In this document: positions 21,772 to 31,700 of the stretch, piece after piece | Layout: every line of letters starts with the position of its first letter | Numbering within the stretch: the stretch's first letter is position 1 | Source: Alkanindiges illinoisensis DSM 15370 | GTDB lineage: Bacteria; Pseudomonadota; Gammaproteobacteria; Pseudomonadales; Moraxellaceae | Direction of reading: 5' to 3' | Assembly (NCBI RefSeq): GCF_000619845.1 | Contig: NZ_JHUX01000011.1 | Location: 19,157 to 51,156 of the forward strand | Length of the DNA: 32,000 bases | Notes under the pieces: model-generated | The model's input: the letters and a program-made list of their open reading frames with translations, nothing else | The model's database searches: none | What the model was told of the DNA's origin: nothing | Translations under genes and position numbers: made by a program

Positions 21772-22269
21772 ATGAATATGTCGTCTCAGCATGTTGCACA
21801 ATGTGCTCAGCTTTTGGCAGAGCAGAAACTAAAAATTGCTTTTGTGGAAAGTGCCACAGCCGGGCGTTTAGCCGCAGAATTTTCTTTGACCAATCATGCG
21901 GGAAAGTGCCTGTTGGGCAGTCTGGTTTGTTACGATGCCTGTATCAAGCAGGATTTGCTAAAAGTTCCCAAGGAATTAATTGATCAGTTCACGCCTGAAT
22001 CCGCCGAAGTAACTGAAGCCATTGCTAAAAACCTGAAGCAGTTTTTTGATGCGGATATTATTGTTGGTGTGACAGGTTTGGCTTCAGCGGGCGGTAGTGA
22101 AACCCCACAAAAGCCAGTGGGCACCATGTTTTTTCATATCATTATTCGGGAGCAATCCTATAATCACCGTGAAGTGTTTCAGGGTTCGGCCGAAGAAATT
22201 ATTTTACAGGCCATAGACCGGATTGCCCAACTGGTGATGCAATACCTAAAACAGCAACATGCAGCTTAA
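21772..22269 (+). CDS. CinA-family protein (PncC-like nicotinamide-nucleotide amidohydrolase domain)
   Basis: 165-aa ORF with the CinA C-terminal domain pattern (KIAFVESATAGRLA...VGVTGLASAGG...PVGTMFF). The choice between the ATG at 21772 and the one at 21778 is uncertain. Confidence 0.75.
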   Translation: MNMSSQHVAQCAQLLAEQKLKIAFVESATAGRLAAEFSLTNHAGKCLLGSLVCYDACIKQDLLKVPKELIDQFTPESAEVTEAIAKNLKQFFDADIIVGVTGLASAGGSETPQKPVGTMFFHIIIREQSYNHREVFQGSAEEIILQAIDRIAQLVMQYLKQQHAA

Positions 22270-22309
22270 AAGGTAAATACGTTCAACCATTGTTATTGCA
22301 AAGAAAAAT

Positions 22310-22341
22310 AAACCATCTGTTCCACGTGGAACAGATGGTTT
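22310..22341. terminator. 32-bp perfect palindrome acting as a bidirectional terminator between the CinA-like and ABC-F genes, with a parS core
   Basis: AAACCATCTGTTCCAC / GTGGAACAGATGGTTT, flanked by an A-rich run upstream and TTTTTAATTTTT downstream. The genes are convergent. Confidence 0.75.
22318..22333. other. parS: parS centromere-like site (perfect palindrome TGTTCCACGTGGAACA), intergenic
   Basis: Third exact copy of the 16-mer. It forms the centre of the terminator palindrome. Confidence 0.8.
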
Positions 22342-22361
22342 TTAATTTTTAAAAATAAAAT

Positions 22362-24380
22362 CTACGCTTGATTAAACCCTTGTTGCATCTCTTCTAGCTC
22401 AAGCATGAGTTCCAGCGTTTCATTTTCACTGTGTTCCAGCGTGGCCTTTAACTCGGTTTGTTCAGTCATCAATTTTAGTAATACAGTCTTTTGCTCAGGC
22501 AAATATAAGGATTCATCGGCCAGCAAATTTTCAATTTCAGTTAACCGAAGATGAACTTTTTGCTGCTGCTTTTCATGCTTTTCAATTTTATCCCGTAACG
22601 GCCGAGTGGCCTCACGGCGCCGTGCAGCTTCTTTACGAGATTCTTCCTTGCTTAAACCTGTATTAGCAGCAGATGACACAGAAGGGGCAGGCTGGGTTAA
22701 CACCTGAACAGGCGCTGCTACAACCGCAGGTTTTTCAGCAGGAATCGATGATGTTTTTTGATCGTTAGTTTTTTGCGTTAGGGCTTTTTGCTGTTTTTCC
22801 ATTTCAATGCGCGCCTGACGTAACCAGTTGGCATAATCCACCAGATCGCCATCAAAGGCTTCACACTTGCCATCATGCACCAGCATCAGTTCATCACATA
22901 CACTGGCAATCAGCTGGCGTTCATGCGACACCAGCACTACGGCACCTTCAAAATCCTGCAAGGCCATGGTGAGCGCATGGCGCATGTCCAAGTCCAGATG
23001 GTTGGTGGGTTCATCCAGAATTAATACATTGGGTTTTTGCCAGACAATCAGTGCTAGCGCCAAACGGGCACGCTCGCCACCAGAAAAACTTTCACAGGGC
23101 GTATCCATGCGCTCACCACTAAAACCAAAGCTGCCTAAAAAAGCACGCAAAGTGGCTTCGGATATTTGCCGGCCAGCCAGACGTGCCAGTTGCAGCATAG
23201 GTGAGGCATCACCATCCAGCGCGTCCATCTGGTGCTGAGCAAAATAGCCCAGATTGAGCAATTCACTGGCAGCACGTTCACCTGTTAAAGGCGCCAGTGT
23301 ACCCGCTAGTGTTTTAATTAAAGTGGATTTACCCGCGCCATTCATGCCCAGCAAACCAATACGGCTATCGGGTGTAATTTGCAGGTTAATCGTTTTCAGA
23401 ATTAGTTTGCTGGCATAACCCGCATCCACATGATCTAGCCGCAATAGGGGTGAACTCATACGGGTCGGTTCACGGAAGCTAAAGGTAAATGGCGTATCCA
23501 CATGCGCAGGCGCCAGTTTTTGCATACGCTCCAGTTGTTTGATACGACTTTGCGCCTGTCGCGCCTTGGTAGCTTGTGCCTTAAAGCGGTCAATGTATTT
23601 TTGCAGGTGTGCGCGGGTGGCTTCCTGTTTTTCAAAAGCCTGTTGCTGCTGGGACAGCCGTTCAGCGCGGGTTTGTTCAAAGGTGGAATAATTGCCGGTA
23701 TAAAGCGTTACCTGGGCATTTTCAATATGAATAATATGATCAACAATGCCGTCCAGAAAATCACGGTCATGCGAAATGAGTACCAGTGTACCTTCGTAGG
23801 CTTTAAGCCAGTCTTCCAGCCACAATACCGCATCCAGATCCAAATGGTTGGTCGGCTCATCCAGCAATAGCAGGTCGGAGCGGCTCATCAGGGTACGCGC
23901 CAGATTTAGGCGCATGCGCCAGCCACCGGAAAAACTCGATACAGGTAACCTGATCTGGTTTTCCAGAAAGCCCAGTCCTGCCATCATTTGTGCTGCTCTG
24001 GCAGGCGCGGTATAACCATGAATTTCATCAAAGCGGCCATACAGCTGGGTCAGGGTATCCATATCCAGCTGGTCAGCCTGATGTTCCAGCTGCTGGTGAA
24101 TATCCCACCACTCCTCATCACCAGACAATACAAAATCAATGGCTGAGGTTTCCTGACTTTCAACTTCCTGCGCCATGTGCGCCACAATCCAGCCTGCAGG
24201 CCGGGATAAGCTGCCGACATCACCCTGAATAGAACCCAATAAGGCCGCAAACAGGGTGGATTTACCTGCACCATTCACGCCGGTCAACCCAATTTTCCAG
24301 CCATGATGCAATTGCATGGTGGCATTTTCAAACAGCAGGCGGCCACCACGGCGAATAGCAAAATTTTGAAGCTGAATCAT
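22362..24380 (-). CDS. ABC-F family ATPase (YheS-like; two ABC domains, no TMD, C-terminal coiled coil)
   Basis: Two Walker A motifs (GVNGAGKST, GMNGAGKST), two signature motifs (SFSGGWRMR, SFSGGERAR), an inter-domain linker, and a long Lys/Glu/Gln-rich C-terminus. Confidence 0.9.
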   Translation of the reverse strand: MIQLQNFAIRRGGRLLFENATMQLHHGWKIGLTGVNGAGKSTLFAALLGSIQGDVGSLSRPAGWIVAHMAQEVESQETSAIDFVLSGDEEWWDIHQQLEHQADQLDMDTLTQLYGRFDEIHGYTAPARAAQMMAGLGFLENQIRLPVSSFSGGWRMRLNLARTLMSRSDLLLLDEPTNHLDLDAVLWLEDWLKAYEGTLVLISHDRDFLDGIVDHIIHIENAQVTLYTGNYSTFEQTRAERLSQQQQAFEKQEATRAHLQKYIDRFKAQATKARQAQSRIKQLERMQKLAPAHVDTPFTFSFREPTRMSSPLLRLDHVDAGYASKLILKTINLQITPDSRIGLLGMNGAGKSTLIKTLAGTLAPLTGERAASELLNLGYFAQHQMDALDGDASPMLQLARLAGRQISEATLRAFLGSFGFSGERMDTPCESFSGGERARLALALIVWQKPNVLILDEPTNHLDLDMRHALTMALQDFEGAVVLVSHERQLIASVCDELMLVHDGKCEAFDGDLVDYANWLRQARIEMEKQQKALTQKTNDQKTSSIPAEKPAVVAAPVQVLTQPAPSVSSAANTGLSKEESRKEAARRREATRPLRDKIEKHEKQQQKVHLRLTEIENLLADESLYLPEQKTVLLKLMTEQTELKATLEHSENETLELMLELEEMQQGFNQA

Positions 24381-24713
24381 GACGCATCCGGAGCAATGTA
24401 AAGGAAAGGCAAATTATAGTCTAAATACTACTTAACTTGTGCTAGGCTAAGCCTTAGAATTCGTGTGACATGACTTCATAGTGGGTTCATGGTAGCATCA
24501 TCATGAAAGCAGGATGAATACTTAGCCCGTTTTATTAACAGACAATCCATTAACAAATAATATAAACCACACGTAAAAAAACAAAAAATGGTGGAGCAAA
24601 TTGGAGTAAATACTCTATTGTTTCACACAATTGTCCGATAGAATATATCAACTTGGATGATGTCCAATTTCACCCTACAAGCATAGCTGAAATTTTCTGC
24701 TAGGAAGTTAAAG

Positions 24714-25706
24714 ATGAAAAAAATTGCTTTGGCCATGACGGCTGCGTCTGTTTTCACCCTGTCCCATACTGCTCAGGCACAAACCGTTTGTGTGTTTGAC
24801 TTGCTGGGTACCGCCGGTGATACCTACACCCTAATGAAAGATTATGCGCTGGCTGCTAAAGGCTGGGGTGCTGATGTTCAGCTTAAAGCCTATACCGATG
24901 AGCGCGTGGCGGCAGAAGACTTTAAAGCCGGCAAATGTGATGCTGTTAGCTTAACGGGCATGCGTGGACGTCAGTTCAATACCTTTACCGGTTCAATTGA
25001 TGCGATTGGCGCGATTTCAAGCAGCAAGGTTGCGCAAAGCGTCATGCAGTTAATGGCAAGCCCAAAACTGGCCAGCAACATGGTTAATGGTAATTATGAA
25101 GTTTCAGGTGTAGTGCCATTGGGTACAGCTTACCTGATGGTGAATGACCGTAGCATCAATACCATTGCAAAAGCAGCCGGTAAAAAAGTTGCAGTACTGG
25201 ACTATGACAAGGCACAGGCCAAAATGGTTCAGCAAATTGGTGCACAGCCTGTTTCTGCTGATATTACCAACTTTGGTAGCAAGTTTAACAATGGTCAGGT
25301 TGATATCATTGGCGCACCAGCCATGGCATTCAAGCCACTGGAACTGCATAAAGGTCTGGGTTCTAAAGGTGCGATTGTACGCTTCCCGATTCTGCAGGTT
25401 ACTGGCAACGTGATCATTCGTAAGGACAAGTTCCCGGCTGGTTTTGGTCAAAAATCCCGTACCTGGATTGCTAGCCAGCTTCCACGCATGACCTCTCTAA
25501 TTAACAAAACTGAAGCTGCTATTCCTGCCAAGTACTGGATGGACATTCCAGCCAATGACAAAGTAGGCTATGTGAAGCTGATGCGCGAATCACGCATTGC
25601 CTTAACCAAAGAAGGCCTGTACAACAAGAGCATGATGAGCCTGCTAAAACGTGCGCGTTGCCAGGTTGAGCCATCCAGCTTTGAATGTGCACTGAAAGAC
25701 GAGTAA
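24714..25706 (+). CDS. Secreted ~36-kDa protein, periplasmic solute-binding-like, paralogue 1
   Basis: Signal peptide MKKIALAMTAASVFTLSHTAQA and conserved Cys pairs (including the C-terminal RARCQVEPSSFEC). From memory, this family is annotated 'AdeT / putative RND-type efflux pump involved in aminoglycoside resistance' in A. baumannii genomes at the same oriC-proximal position. That recollection is unverified. Confidence 0.65.
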   Translation: MKKIALAMTAASVFTLSHTAQAQTVCVFDLLGTAGDTYTLMKDYALAAKGWGADVQLKAYTDERVAAEDFKAGKCDAVSLTGMRGRQFNTFTGSIDAIGAISSSKVAQSVMQLMASPKLASNMVNGNYEVSGVVPLGTAYLMVNDRSINTIAKAAGKKVAVLDYDKAQAKMVQQIGAQPVSADITNFGSKFNNGQVDIIGAPAMAFKPLELHKGLGSKGAIVRFPILQVTGNVIIRKDKFPAGFGQKSRTWIASQLPRMTSLINKTEAAIPAKYWMDIPANDKVGYVKLMRESRIALTKEGLYNKSMMSLLKRARCQVEPSSFECALKDE

Positions 25707-25769
25707 TTCTCGACAATAAGCTGCCTTGATCGCTGATGTTATAAATATTTGCTATCCTGGAAAGTAATA

Positions 25770-25798
25770 GAAAACCCGGCTTAGGTCGGGTTTTTTAT
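25770..25798 (+). terminator. Rho-independent terminator after paralogue 1
   Basis: AAAACCCGG ... TCGGGTTTTTTATT: a GC stem ACCCG (25774-25778) / CGGGT (25787-25791) followed by a T6 tract. Confidence 0.7.
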
Positions 25799-25927
25799 TG
25801 ACCGTAGTGACAGGAAAAACTGCCAAAAGATTATTGTTAAACGCAACGGAAGCGACTATACCTAGCACTGTTAAAGCTGCTTGGAAAAGCAGTACCATCC
25901 CCAACAGGACATGAGGACATAAAAATT

Positions 25928-26926
25928 ATGTTACAACAGTTAAAATTCGGAGTAATGGCGGGTGTTATTGCCATGGCATCCAGTCAGGTTCAGGCCAAAC
26001 AAACTTTTTGCGTATTTGATCTGGTAGGCACTGCTGGTGATGTCTATGCGTTAATGAAAGATTATGCACTGGCTGCCAAAGGCTGGGGTGCTGATGTTCA
26101 GCTTAAAGCCTATACCGATGAGCGCGTGGCGGCAGAAGACTTCAAAGCCGGCAAGTGTGATGGTGCTGCCATTAGTGGCATGCGTGGCCGCCAGTTCAAT
26201 AGCTTTACCGGTTCAATTGATGCCATTGGCGCACTGCCTGACTTGAAACTGGCTGTAAATGTCATGCAGTTACTGGCCAAGCCCCAATTGGCCGCCGATA
26301 TGGTGAGTGGACCGTATGAAGTGGCTGGTGTAATCCCCGTTGGTGCAGCCTATTTGTTTGTTAATGACCGCAACTTAAATACTATTGCCAAGGCAGCCGG
26401 CAAAAAAATTGCCGTATTGGACTATGACAAGGCACAGGCCAAAATGGTTCAGCAGATTGGTGCACAGCCGGTATCCAGCGATGTCACCAACTTTGGTGGC
26501 AAGTTTAACAATGGTCAGGTTGATATTATTGGCGCACCGATTGTTGCCTATAAACCCATGGAATTATACAAGGGTCTGGGAACCAAGGGCGCGATTGTGC
26601 GTTTCCCATTATTGCAGGTCACCGGTAACGTGATTATTCGCAAGGATAAGTTCCCGGCGGGCTACGGACAAAAATCCCGTGAGTGGATTGCTGGCCAGTT
26701 ACCGCGTGCCTTTGGCATGTTGGGCAAAATGGAAAAAGAAGTACCAGCCAAGTACTGGATGGACATTCCAGCCAATGACAAGATTGGCTATGTGAAACTG
26801 ATGCGTGAATCGCGGATTGCCTTAACCAAAGAAGGCATTTATAACAAGAAAATGATGTCGTTCCTCAAGCGTGCGCGCTGTCAGGCTGAACCATCCAGCT
26901 TTGAATGTGCGCTCAAAGACGAGTAA
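25928..26926 (+). CDS. Secreted ~36-kDa protein, periplasmic solute-binding-like, paralogue 2
   Basis: 332 aa and collinear with 24714-25706. Most residues are identical by eye. It has the same Cys positions and the same C-terminus (EPSSFECALKDE). Confidence 0.65.
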   Translation: MLQQLKFGVMAGVIAMASSQVQAKQTFCVFDLVGTAGDVYALMKDYALAAKGWGADVQLKAYTDERVAAEDFKAGKCDGAAISGMRGRQFNSFTGSIDAIGALPDLKLAVNVMQLLAKPQLAADMVSGPYEVAGVIPVGAAYLFVNDRNLNTIAKAAGKKIAVLDYDKAQAKMVQQIGAQPVSSDVTNFGGKFNNGQVDIIGAPIVAYKPMELYKGLGTKGAIVRFPLLQVTGNVIIRKDKFPAGYGQKSREWIAGQLPRAFGMLGKMEKEVPAKYWMDIPANDKIGYVKLMRESRIALTKEGIYNKKMMSFLKRARCQAEPSSFECALKDE

Positions 26927-27057
26927 AATCGGTTATCCTGTTGCAAAAATGCTTGAAAAGGCAGCAGCACAACCCAATTTATAGTTTGGGTTGTGCTACA
27001 GTAGCAACCTGATATTGCCAGTGTACTGGCCCGGATTTTATGTTTTTGGAGACAGGC

Positions 27058-27393
27058 ATGAACGCTCCTGCTTTGGTATTGACAGATCGTGCAGCGAACA
27101 AGGTTCGTCAATTGCGCGAAGGGGAAGGTGGCGACGACTTAATGCTACGCGTTTATGTGACGGGTGGCGGTTGTTCAGGTTTTTCCTATGGCTTTAGCTT
27201 TGCAGAAGCAGCCAATGATGATGATGCCAGATTTGAAAATGGTGACGTTGCCATGCTGGTGGATTCATTAAGCTATCCGTATCTGGTGGGTTCGGAAGTG
27301 GACTATCTGGAAGGACTGGAAGGGTCGCGGTTTATTGTAAAAAATCCAAATGCCACCACTACCTGTGGCTGTGGTTCCTCATTTTCCATATGA
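27058..27393 (+). CDS. erpA: Iron-sulfur cluster insertion protein ErpA (HesB/IscA family)
   Basis: [17 protein letters not shown]...[16 protein letters not shown] is the A-type carrier signature. The ATG at 27058 follows a GGAGACA RBS. Confidence 0.9.
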   Translation: MNAPALVLTDRAANKVRQLREGEGGDDLMLRVYVTGGGCSGFSYGFSFAEAANDDDARFENGDVAMLVDSLSYPYLVGSEVDYLEGLEGSRFIVKNPNATTTCGCGSSFSI

Positions 27394-27425
27394 GCTAGTA
27401 CTGCAATACGCCTATTAATATAATG

Positions 27426-27457
27426 AAAAAGCGTCCTAAATCAGGGCGCTTTTTTTA
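27426..27457 (+). terminator. Rho-independent terminator of erpA
   Basis: AAAAAGCGTCCT / AGGGCGCTTTTTTT: a stem with one G-T pair, followed by a T7 tract. Confidence 0.75.
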
Positions 27458-27604
27458 TGGATTTGCCTTTGTTTATAGGGTTTATCGCCTGTTTTATCAT
27501 TAAAGGACAACAAGGCGTGTCAATGTCCTCAATAGCGCTGGTTTGCCTGGACTGCAATTTTTTATAGTAGTGACAGTATTGATTGTTGCAGCAGGACAAA
27601 GCCC

Positions 27605-28507
27605 ATGATCGCATTTGCCCATCATCAGCTTAAAGCACGTAAGGTTCAGTTTGACTTTTCAGGGGTTCCCAAGCACTGGATTCCCAATGATGCCTTTTCT
27701 ACCCATTTTTTAAATGTGGCCCATCTGGTATTGCCAGCCGGTGAGTTCTGGTTTTGCCGGGTCTATAATAAGGCGCTGCCTTATATTAAGGATGAGCAAC
27801 TGAAACAGGATGTGCTGGGCTTTATCCGCCAGGAAGCCGTGCATGGGCGTACCCATCAGCATGCCTTACAGTATTTTAAAGCCCATCAGATTAATGTAGA
27901 GGCCTATAACCGCCGCATGCATTATTTGTTTGAGGTTTTACTGGGTGAAGCACCGGCAGGTATAAAGGCACTGCAATTTAAAGCCACTGAAAAATTATGG
28001 CTGCTCACCCGTATTGGGGTAGTCGCTGCAATTGAACATTTTACCGGCGTGGCAGGCCAGTGGTCGCTGGACAACACCAGTCTGGATGCCGCTGATCCCG
28101 TGATGGCTGACCTGTTTCGCTGGCATCTGGCGGAAGAAGTTGAACATCGTAGTGTAGCGTTTGACCTGTTTGCCCATTTGTTTGAAAATGAGTTTGGCTT
28201 TTATCTGAGCCGACAGGCACTCATGGCGATTGTATTGCCAATATTAGTCAAAGTCTGGGCAGATGGCCTGCGCGCAATTTGCCGTGAGGATGCCGATGCC
28301 AAACAGTATGCGCGCTATAATGCACTGCAAATGTTATGGGCCATGGAAAAAACGGGTCGTAAAACCGATCATGTGCCGCGCTTTAGCTATTTGCTTAAAG
28401 CCAGTTTGCGCTGGTTGCTACCCAGTTTCCATCCAGTGCACGAAGGCAATACCCAGCAGGCACTGGATTATCTCAATCGCTCACCTGCCGCACTGACGGC
28501 TGCTTAA
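27605..28507 (+). CDS. Predicted metal-dependent hydrolase (PF10118-like, ferritin-like helical fold)
   Basis: 300 aa with the recalled family features: FDFSGVPKHWIPND, FIRQEAVHGRTH and LAEEVEHRSVAFD (paired E..H metal motifs). Confidence 0.65.
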   Translation: MIAFAHHQLKARKVQFDFSGVPKHWIPNDAFSTHFLNVAHLVLPAGEFWFCRVYNKALPYIKDEQLKQDVLGFIRQEAVHGRTHQHALQYFKAHQINVEAYNRRMHYLFEVLLGEAPAGIKALQFKATEKLWLLTRIGVVAAIEHFTGVAGQWSLDNTSLDAADPVMADLFRWHLAEEVEHRSVAFDLFAHLFENEFGFYLSRQALMAIVLPILVKVWADGLRAICREDADAKQYARYNALQMLWAMEKTGRKTDHVPRFSYLLKASLRWLLPSFHPVHEGNTQQALDYLNRSPAALTAA

Positions 28508-28562
28508 ATCCGGAATTTAATTTTAAAATTTTAAATAGTAAAGCTTGAGTGAAAACGCCTGT

Positions 28563-28829
28563 TTATAACATAAGCAGGCTGTAAATCACGGCAGATAGCA
28601 ATGTCAGGTTGGCACTTTTATGCGCTTTAATCCAGTAGCGTTCATACAATGACATGAGCAAGGTGAGAATAATGGCAATGCCCAACAAATGGTTATCCTG
28701 CTGTACATAATGAAAATACAGCCCGACAAAAGCCATGCCCATCACGACCCCAGACAAGCCCATATACAGCATAGAAAATCTTGGCAGCTCGGCACTAATA
28801 TCAAGTTGTTGTAATAACCATTTCCACAT
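28563..28829 (-). CDS. Hypothetical small membrane protein (3 predicted TM segments)
   Basis: 88-aa hydrophobic ORF starting 30 bp downstream of anmK on the same strand. No family recognised. Confidence 0.45.
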   Translation of the reverse strand: MWKWLLQQLDISAELPRFSMLYMGLSGVVMGMAFVGLYFHYVQQDNHLLGIAIILTLLMSLYERYWIKAHKSANLTLLSAVIYSLLML

Positions 28830-28859
28830 AAATTTAACCAGTGCTTCTCAATTTAGCAC

Positions 28860-29990
28860 CTAAACTGAGCCTGTTAGCGTGCCTAAAATCCGTAATCCAC
28901 TGGCACCAGTCACGACGGGCAAATTACCCGGCTGCTGTTCAATACGCTGTTTGGCCAGCCAGGCAAATGCGGTGGCTTCAACCCAGGTGGGTGACAAGCC
29001 CAGTGCCTCAGTACTTTCAACAATCCAGTCATGCTTGCCCAGTTTCCAGCGTAACTGCTCCATCAGGGTTTTATTGTATGCTCCACCACCACAAACATAC
29101 AGCTCCCCGCCAGGCAGGCCGCAGCGTGCAATGGCTTTTTTAATTGGCCGAACAGTAAGCTTGAGCAAGGTAGCCTGAATATTTTCAGGATGGTCATCAT
29201 TGGGGTCATAATCGGCCTGATTACGCCAGTCATCCAGCTGATTATCCAGCCAGTCCATATTAAAGTCTTCACGTCCGGTACTTTTTGGCGGCTTTTTACC
29301 AAAGTAATCATGCCGCTGCATAATTTCCATTAGTGCTGGAATCGAGTTGCCATTGGCAGCCCAGGCGCCATCCTGATCATAATTCTGTCCGGTATGCCGC
29401 TTGCACCAGCCATCCATCAGCACATTGGCCGGGCCAGTGTCATAGCCATACACATGTGCCGGATTTCCTGCAGGCAGCACACTAATATTGGCAATTCCAC
29501 CCAGATTTAAAATAATACGATTAATGCTGGCATCGCCAAACAGGGCCTGATGAAAGGCAGGCACCAATGGCGCACCCTGACCACCTGCTGCCAGATCACG
29601 GCGGCGAAAATCAGATACCACAGGAATTCCACTGATTTCACCAATTAAGTTTGGATCGCCAATTTGCAGGCTAAAGCCCAAATGCGGCCGGTGACGAATC
29701 GTTTGACCATGACTGCCAATGGCTATAATTTTTGATGAATCCAGCTTATTTTCTTCCAGCAATCGAAGCACTGCTTGTCCAACCAGACGGGCATAAGCCA
29801 CATCGGCCTGACCCATGCGCTCAATTTCATTGTCACCGGGCGAGCTTAAGGCCATCAGTTCATCACGCAATTCTTCAGGGAAAGGAACAGTCAAGGTAGC
29901 ATGCAATACCAGCGGATCAAATGAGGCAGCCACCAGATCAATACCATCCATGCTGGTGCCCGACATAATCCCTATATATATTGCTGTCAT
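28860..29990 (-). CDS. anmK: Anhydro-N-acetylmuramic acid kinase
   Basis: YIGIMSGTSMDGIDLV N-terminus and the overall AnmK pattern. Divergent from tyrS, as in other gammaproteobacteria. Confidence 0.92.
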   Translation of the reverse strand: MTAIYIGIMSGTSMDGIDLVAASFDPLVLHATLTVPFPEELRDELMALSSPGDNEIERMGQADVAYARLVGQAVLRLLEENKLDSSKIIAIGSHGQTIRHRPHLGFSLQIGDPNLIGEISGIPVVSDFRRRDLAAGGQGAPLVPAFHQALFGDASINRIILNLGGIANISVLPAGNPAHVYGYDTGPANVLMDGWCKRHTGQNYDQDGAWAANGNSIPALMEIMQRHDYFGKKPPKSTGREDFNMDWLDNQLDDWRNQADYDPNDDHPENIQATLLKLTVRPIKKAIARCGLPGGELYVCGGGAYNKTLMEQLRWKLGKHDWIVESTEALGLSPTWVEATAFAWLAKQRIEQQPGNLPVVTGASGLRILGTLTGSV

Positions 29991-30063
29991 ATCAAAGCCT
30001 GCAATTCGCCCAAAAAAAAGTTAGTATATCGCGCAATGCCAACTTTATTGTTTTTGATTTGCC

Positions 30064-31275
30064 ATGACAACATTTTTACCTGCTGAGCAACAACTTGAGC
30101 TAATTGAGCGCGGCACTGCCGACATCATTTCCCGCGAAGACTTGCTGAAAAAATTAAAAGAAAACCGTCCACTGCGGATTAAAGCCGGTTTTGATCCCAC
30201 AGCCCCTGACTTGCACTTGGGCCATACCGTGCTGATCAATAAGCTCAAAACCTTTCAGGATCTCGGCCATGAGGTGTATTTTCTGATCGGCGACTATACT
30301 GGCATGATTGGCGATCCAACGGGCAAAAGTGCTACGCGTCCGCCGTTAACCCGTGAAGACGTACTGGCCAATGCCAAAACCTATCAGGAACAGGTTTTTA
30401 AAATTCTTGATCCGGTCAAAACCAAAGTGGTGTTTAACAGCGAATGGTTTGACAAGATGACTGCTGCTGACATGATTCGTCTGGCCAGTCAGCAAACGGT
30501 ATCACGCATGATGGAACGTAACGATTTCCACAAGCGGTTTAATGAAGAACAGCCAATTGCCATTCATGAATTCCTGTATCCGCTGGTACAAGGCTATGAT
30601 TCAGTAGCACTCAAGGCCGATGTCGAGCTAGGCGGTACCGACCAAACCTTTAACCTGCTCATGGGCCGCACCCTGCAAAGCCGTTATGATCAGGAACCAC
30701 AGGTATGCATTACTGTACCTATTCTGGAAGGTCTGGATGGCGTGCAAAAGATGTCCAAATCCTTGGGCAACTATATTGGCGTGTTTGATACCCCCGGTAC
30801 CATTTACCAGAAAATCCTATCCATGCCGGATAGCCTGATTGAGCGCTATTTTGAACTGCTCAGCTTTAAACCAATGTCGGAAGTAAAGCAATACCTGCAA
30901 GAAATGGCCACAGGGCGCAATCCGCAGGAGATCAAACGCATCATTGCACTGGAACTGGTCGAACGCTTCCATGATGCTGATGCTGCCGCCAATGCACATA
31001 AGAGTGCTGGCAATCGCATTGTTGATGGCGAAATCCCGGAAGACATCAATAAAGTTGAACTGTCACTGGAAGGTCAGGAGCAGCTATTTATTACTAGTGT
31101 ATTGTCACGCGCCGGTCTAACCAAAAATGCGGCACAAGCCAAGGATGCTTTAGGCCGTGGTGCAGTCAAGGTCGATCAGCAAGTGATTGATGCCAGTTTT
31201 ACCCTGAAGCAGGGGGATGAAGTCATCATTCAGGCGGGTAAAAAAGCCATTGCACGCGTTAAGGTAGTTGCCTAA
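30064..31275 (+). CDS. tyrS: Tyrosine--tRNA ligase (type 2)
   Basis: HLGH and KMSKS class-I motifs, and a C-terminal S4-like domain. Confidence 0.93.
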   Translation: MTTFLPAEQQLELIERGTADIISREDLLKKLKENRPLRIKAGFDPTAPDLHLGHTVLINKLKTFQDLGHEVYFLIGDYTGMIGDPTGKSATRPPLTREDVLANAKTYQEQVFKILDPVKTKVVFNSEWFDKMTAADMIRLASQQTVSRMMERNDFHKRFNEEQPIAIHEFLYPLVQGYDSVALKADVELGGTDQTFNLLMGRTLQSRYDQEPQVCITVPILEGLDGVQKMSKSLGNYIGVFDTPGTIYQKILSMPDSLIERYFELLSFKPMSEVKQYLQEMATGRNPQEIKRIIALELVERFHDADAAANAHKSAGNRIVDGEIPEDINKVELSLEGQEQLFITSVLSRAGLTKNAAQAKDALGRGAVKVDQQVIDASFTLKQGDEVIIQAGKKAIARVKVVA

Positions 31276-31291
31276 TTACTAGTATTTGCAA

Positions 31292-31320
31292 GAAGCGGCT
31301 ACATTAGGCCGCTTTTTTAT
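31292..31320 (+). terminator. Rho-independent terminator of tyrS
   Basis: Stem AAGCGGC (31293-31299) / GCCGCTT (31309-31315) followed by a T tract. Confidence 0.8.
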
Positions 31321-31508
31321 TAAAAGTCATTTATTCACTGTTTTTCAATTTCCAAAATAATCACAATAAATGAAAGATTAAATAAAGTTCTTTTTGCAAT
31401 GCGGAATGATAAAAAGCTTGAAACCAAGCTTAAATAGACCAAAAACTAAGCATATATCAGAAAAATGCTTAAAACATAAACGCCTAATCAATTATTTTAA
31501 AATAAGGG

Positions 31509-31536
31509 TTGCAAAGCATTTTAAACCCCCTATAAT
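31509..31536 (+). promoter_or_regulatory. rRNA operon promoter P1 (candidate)
   Basis: TTGCAA (31509-31514), a 16-nt spacer, TATAAT (31531-31536). GC-rich discriminator GCGCACC, and an A+T-rich UP-like sequence upstream. Confidence 0.6.
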
Positions 31537-31672
31537 GCGCACCACGGCGATGATGAAGCGAAACGATAAGTTGTTATTAAACAGCGAGTTAGCTAAAAAC
31601 CTAGCCAAATCAATCAGTAAAATGATTTAAATAGTTGAAGTAGAGATGATCGAAAAAATATTTAAAAACTGA

Positions 31673-31700
31673 TTGACAAGCGGTTTGAAATGAGTAGAAT
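31673..31700 (+). promoter_or_regulatory. rRNA operon promoter P2 (candidate)
   Basis: TTGACA (31673-31678), a 16-nt spacer, TAGAAT (31695-31700). GC-rich discriminator GGCCGACC, and the UP-like AAAAAATATTTAAAAACT upstream. Confidence 0.65.

Noticed and set aside
27457-27579. 40-codon hydrophobic ORF (MDLPLFIGFIACFIIKG...) between erpA and the hydrolase gene.
   Set aside because: It starts inside the T tract of the erpA terminator, has no RBS, and has no support beyond being open.
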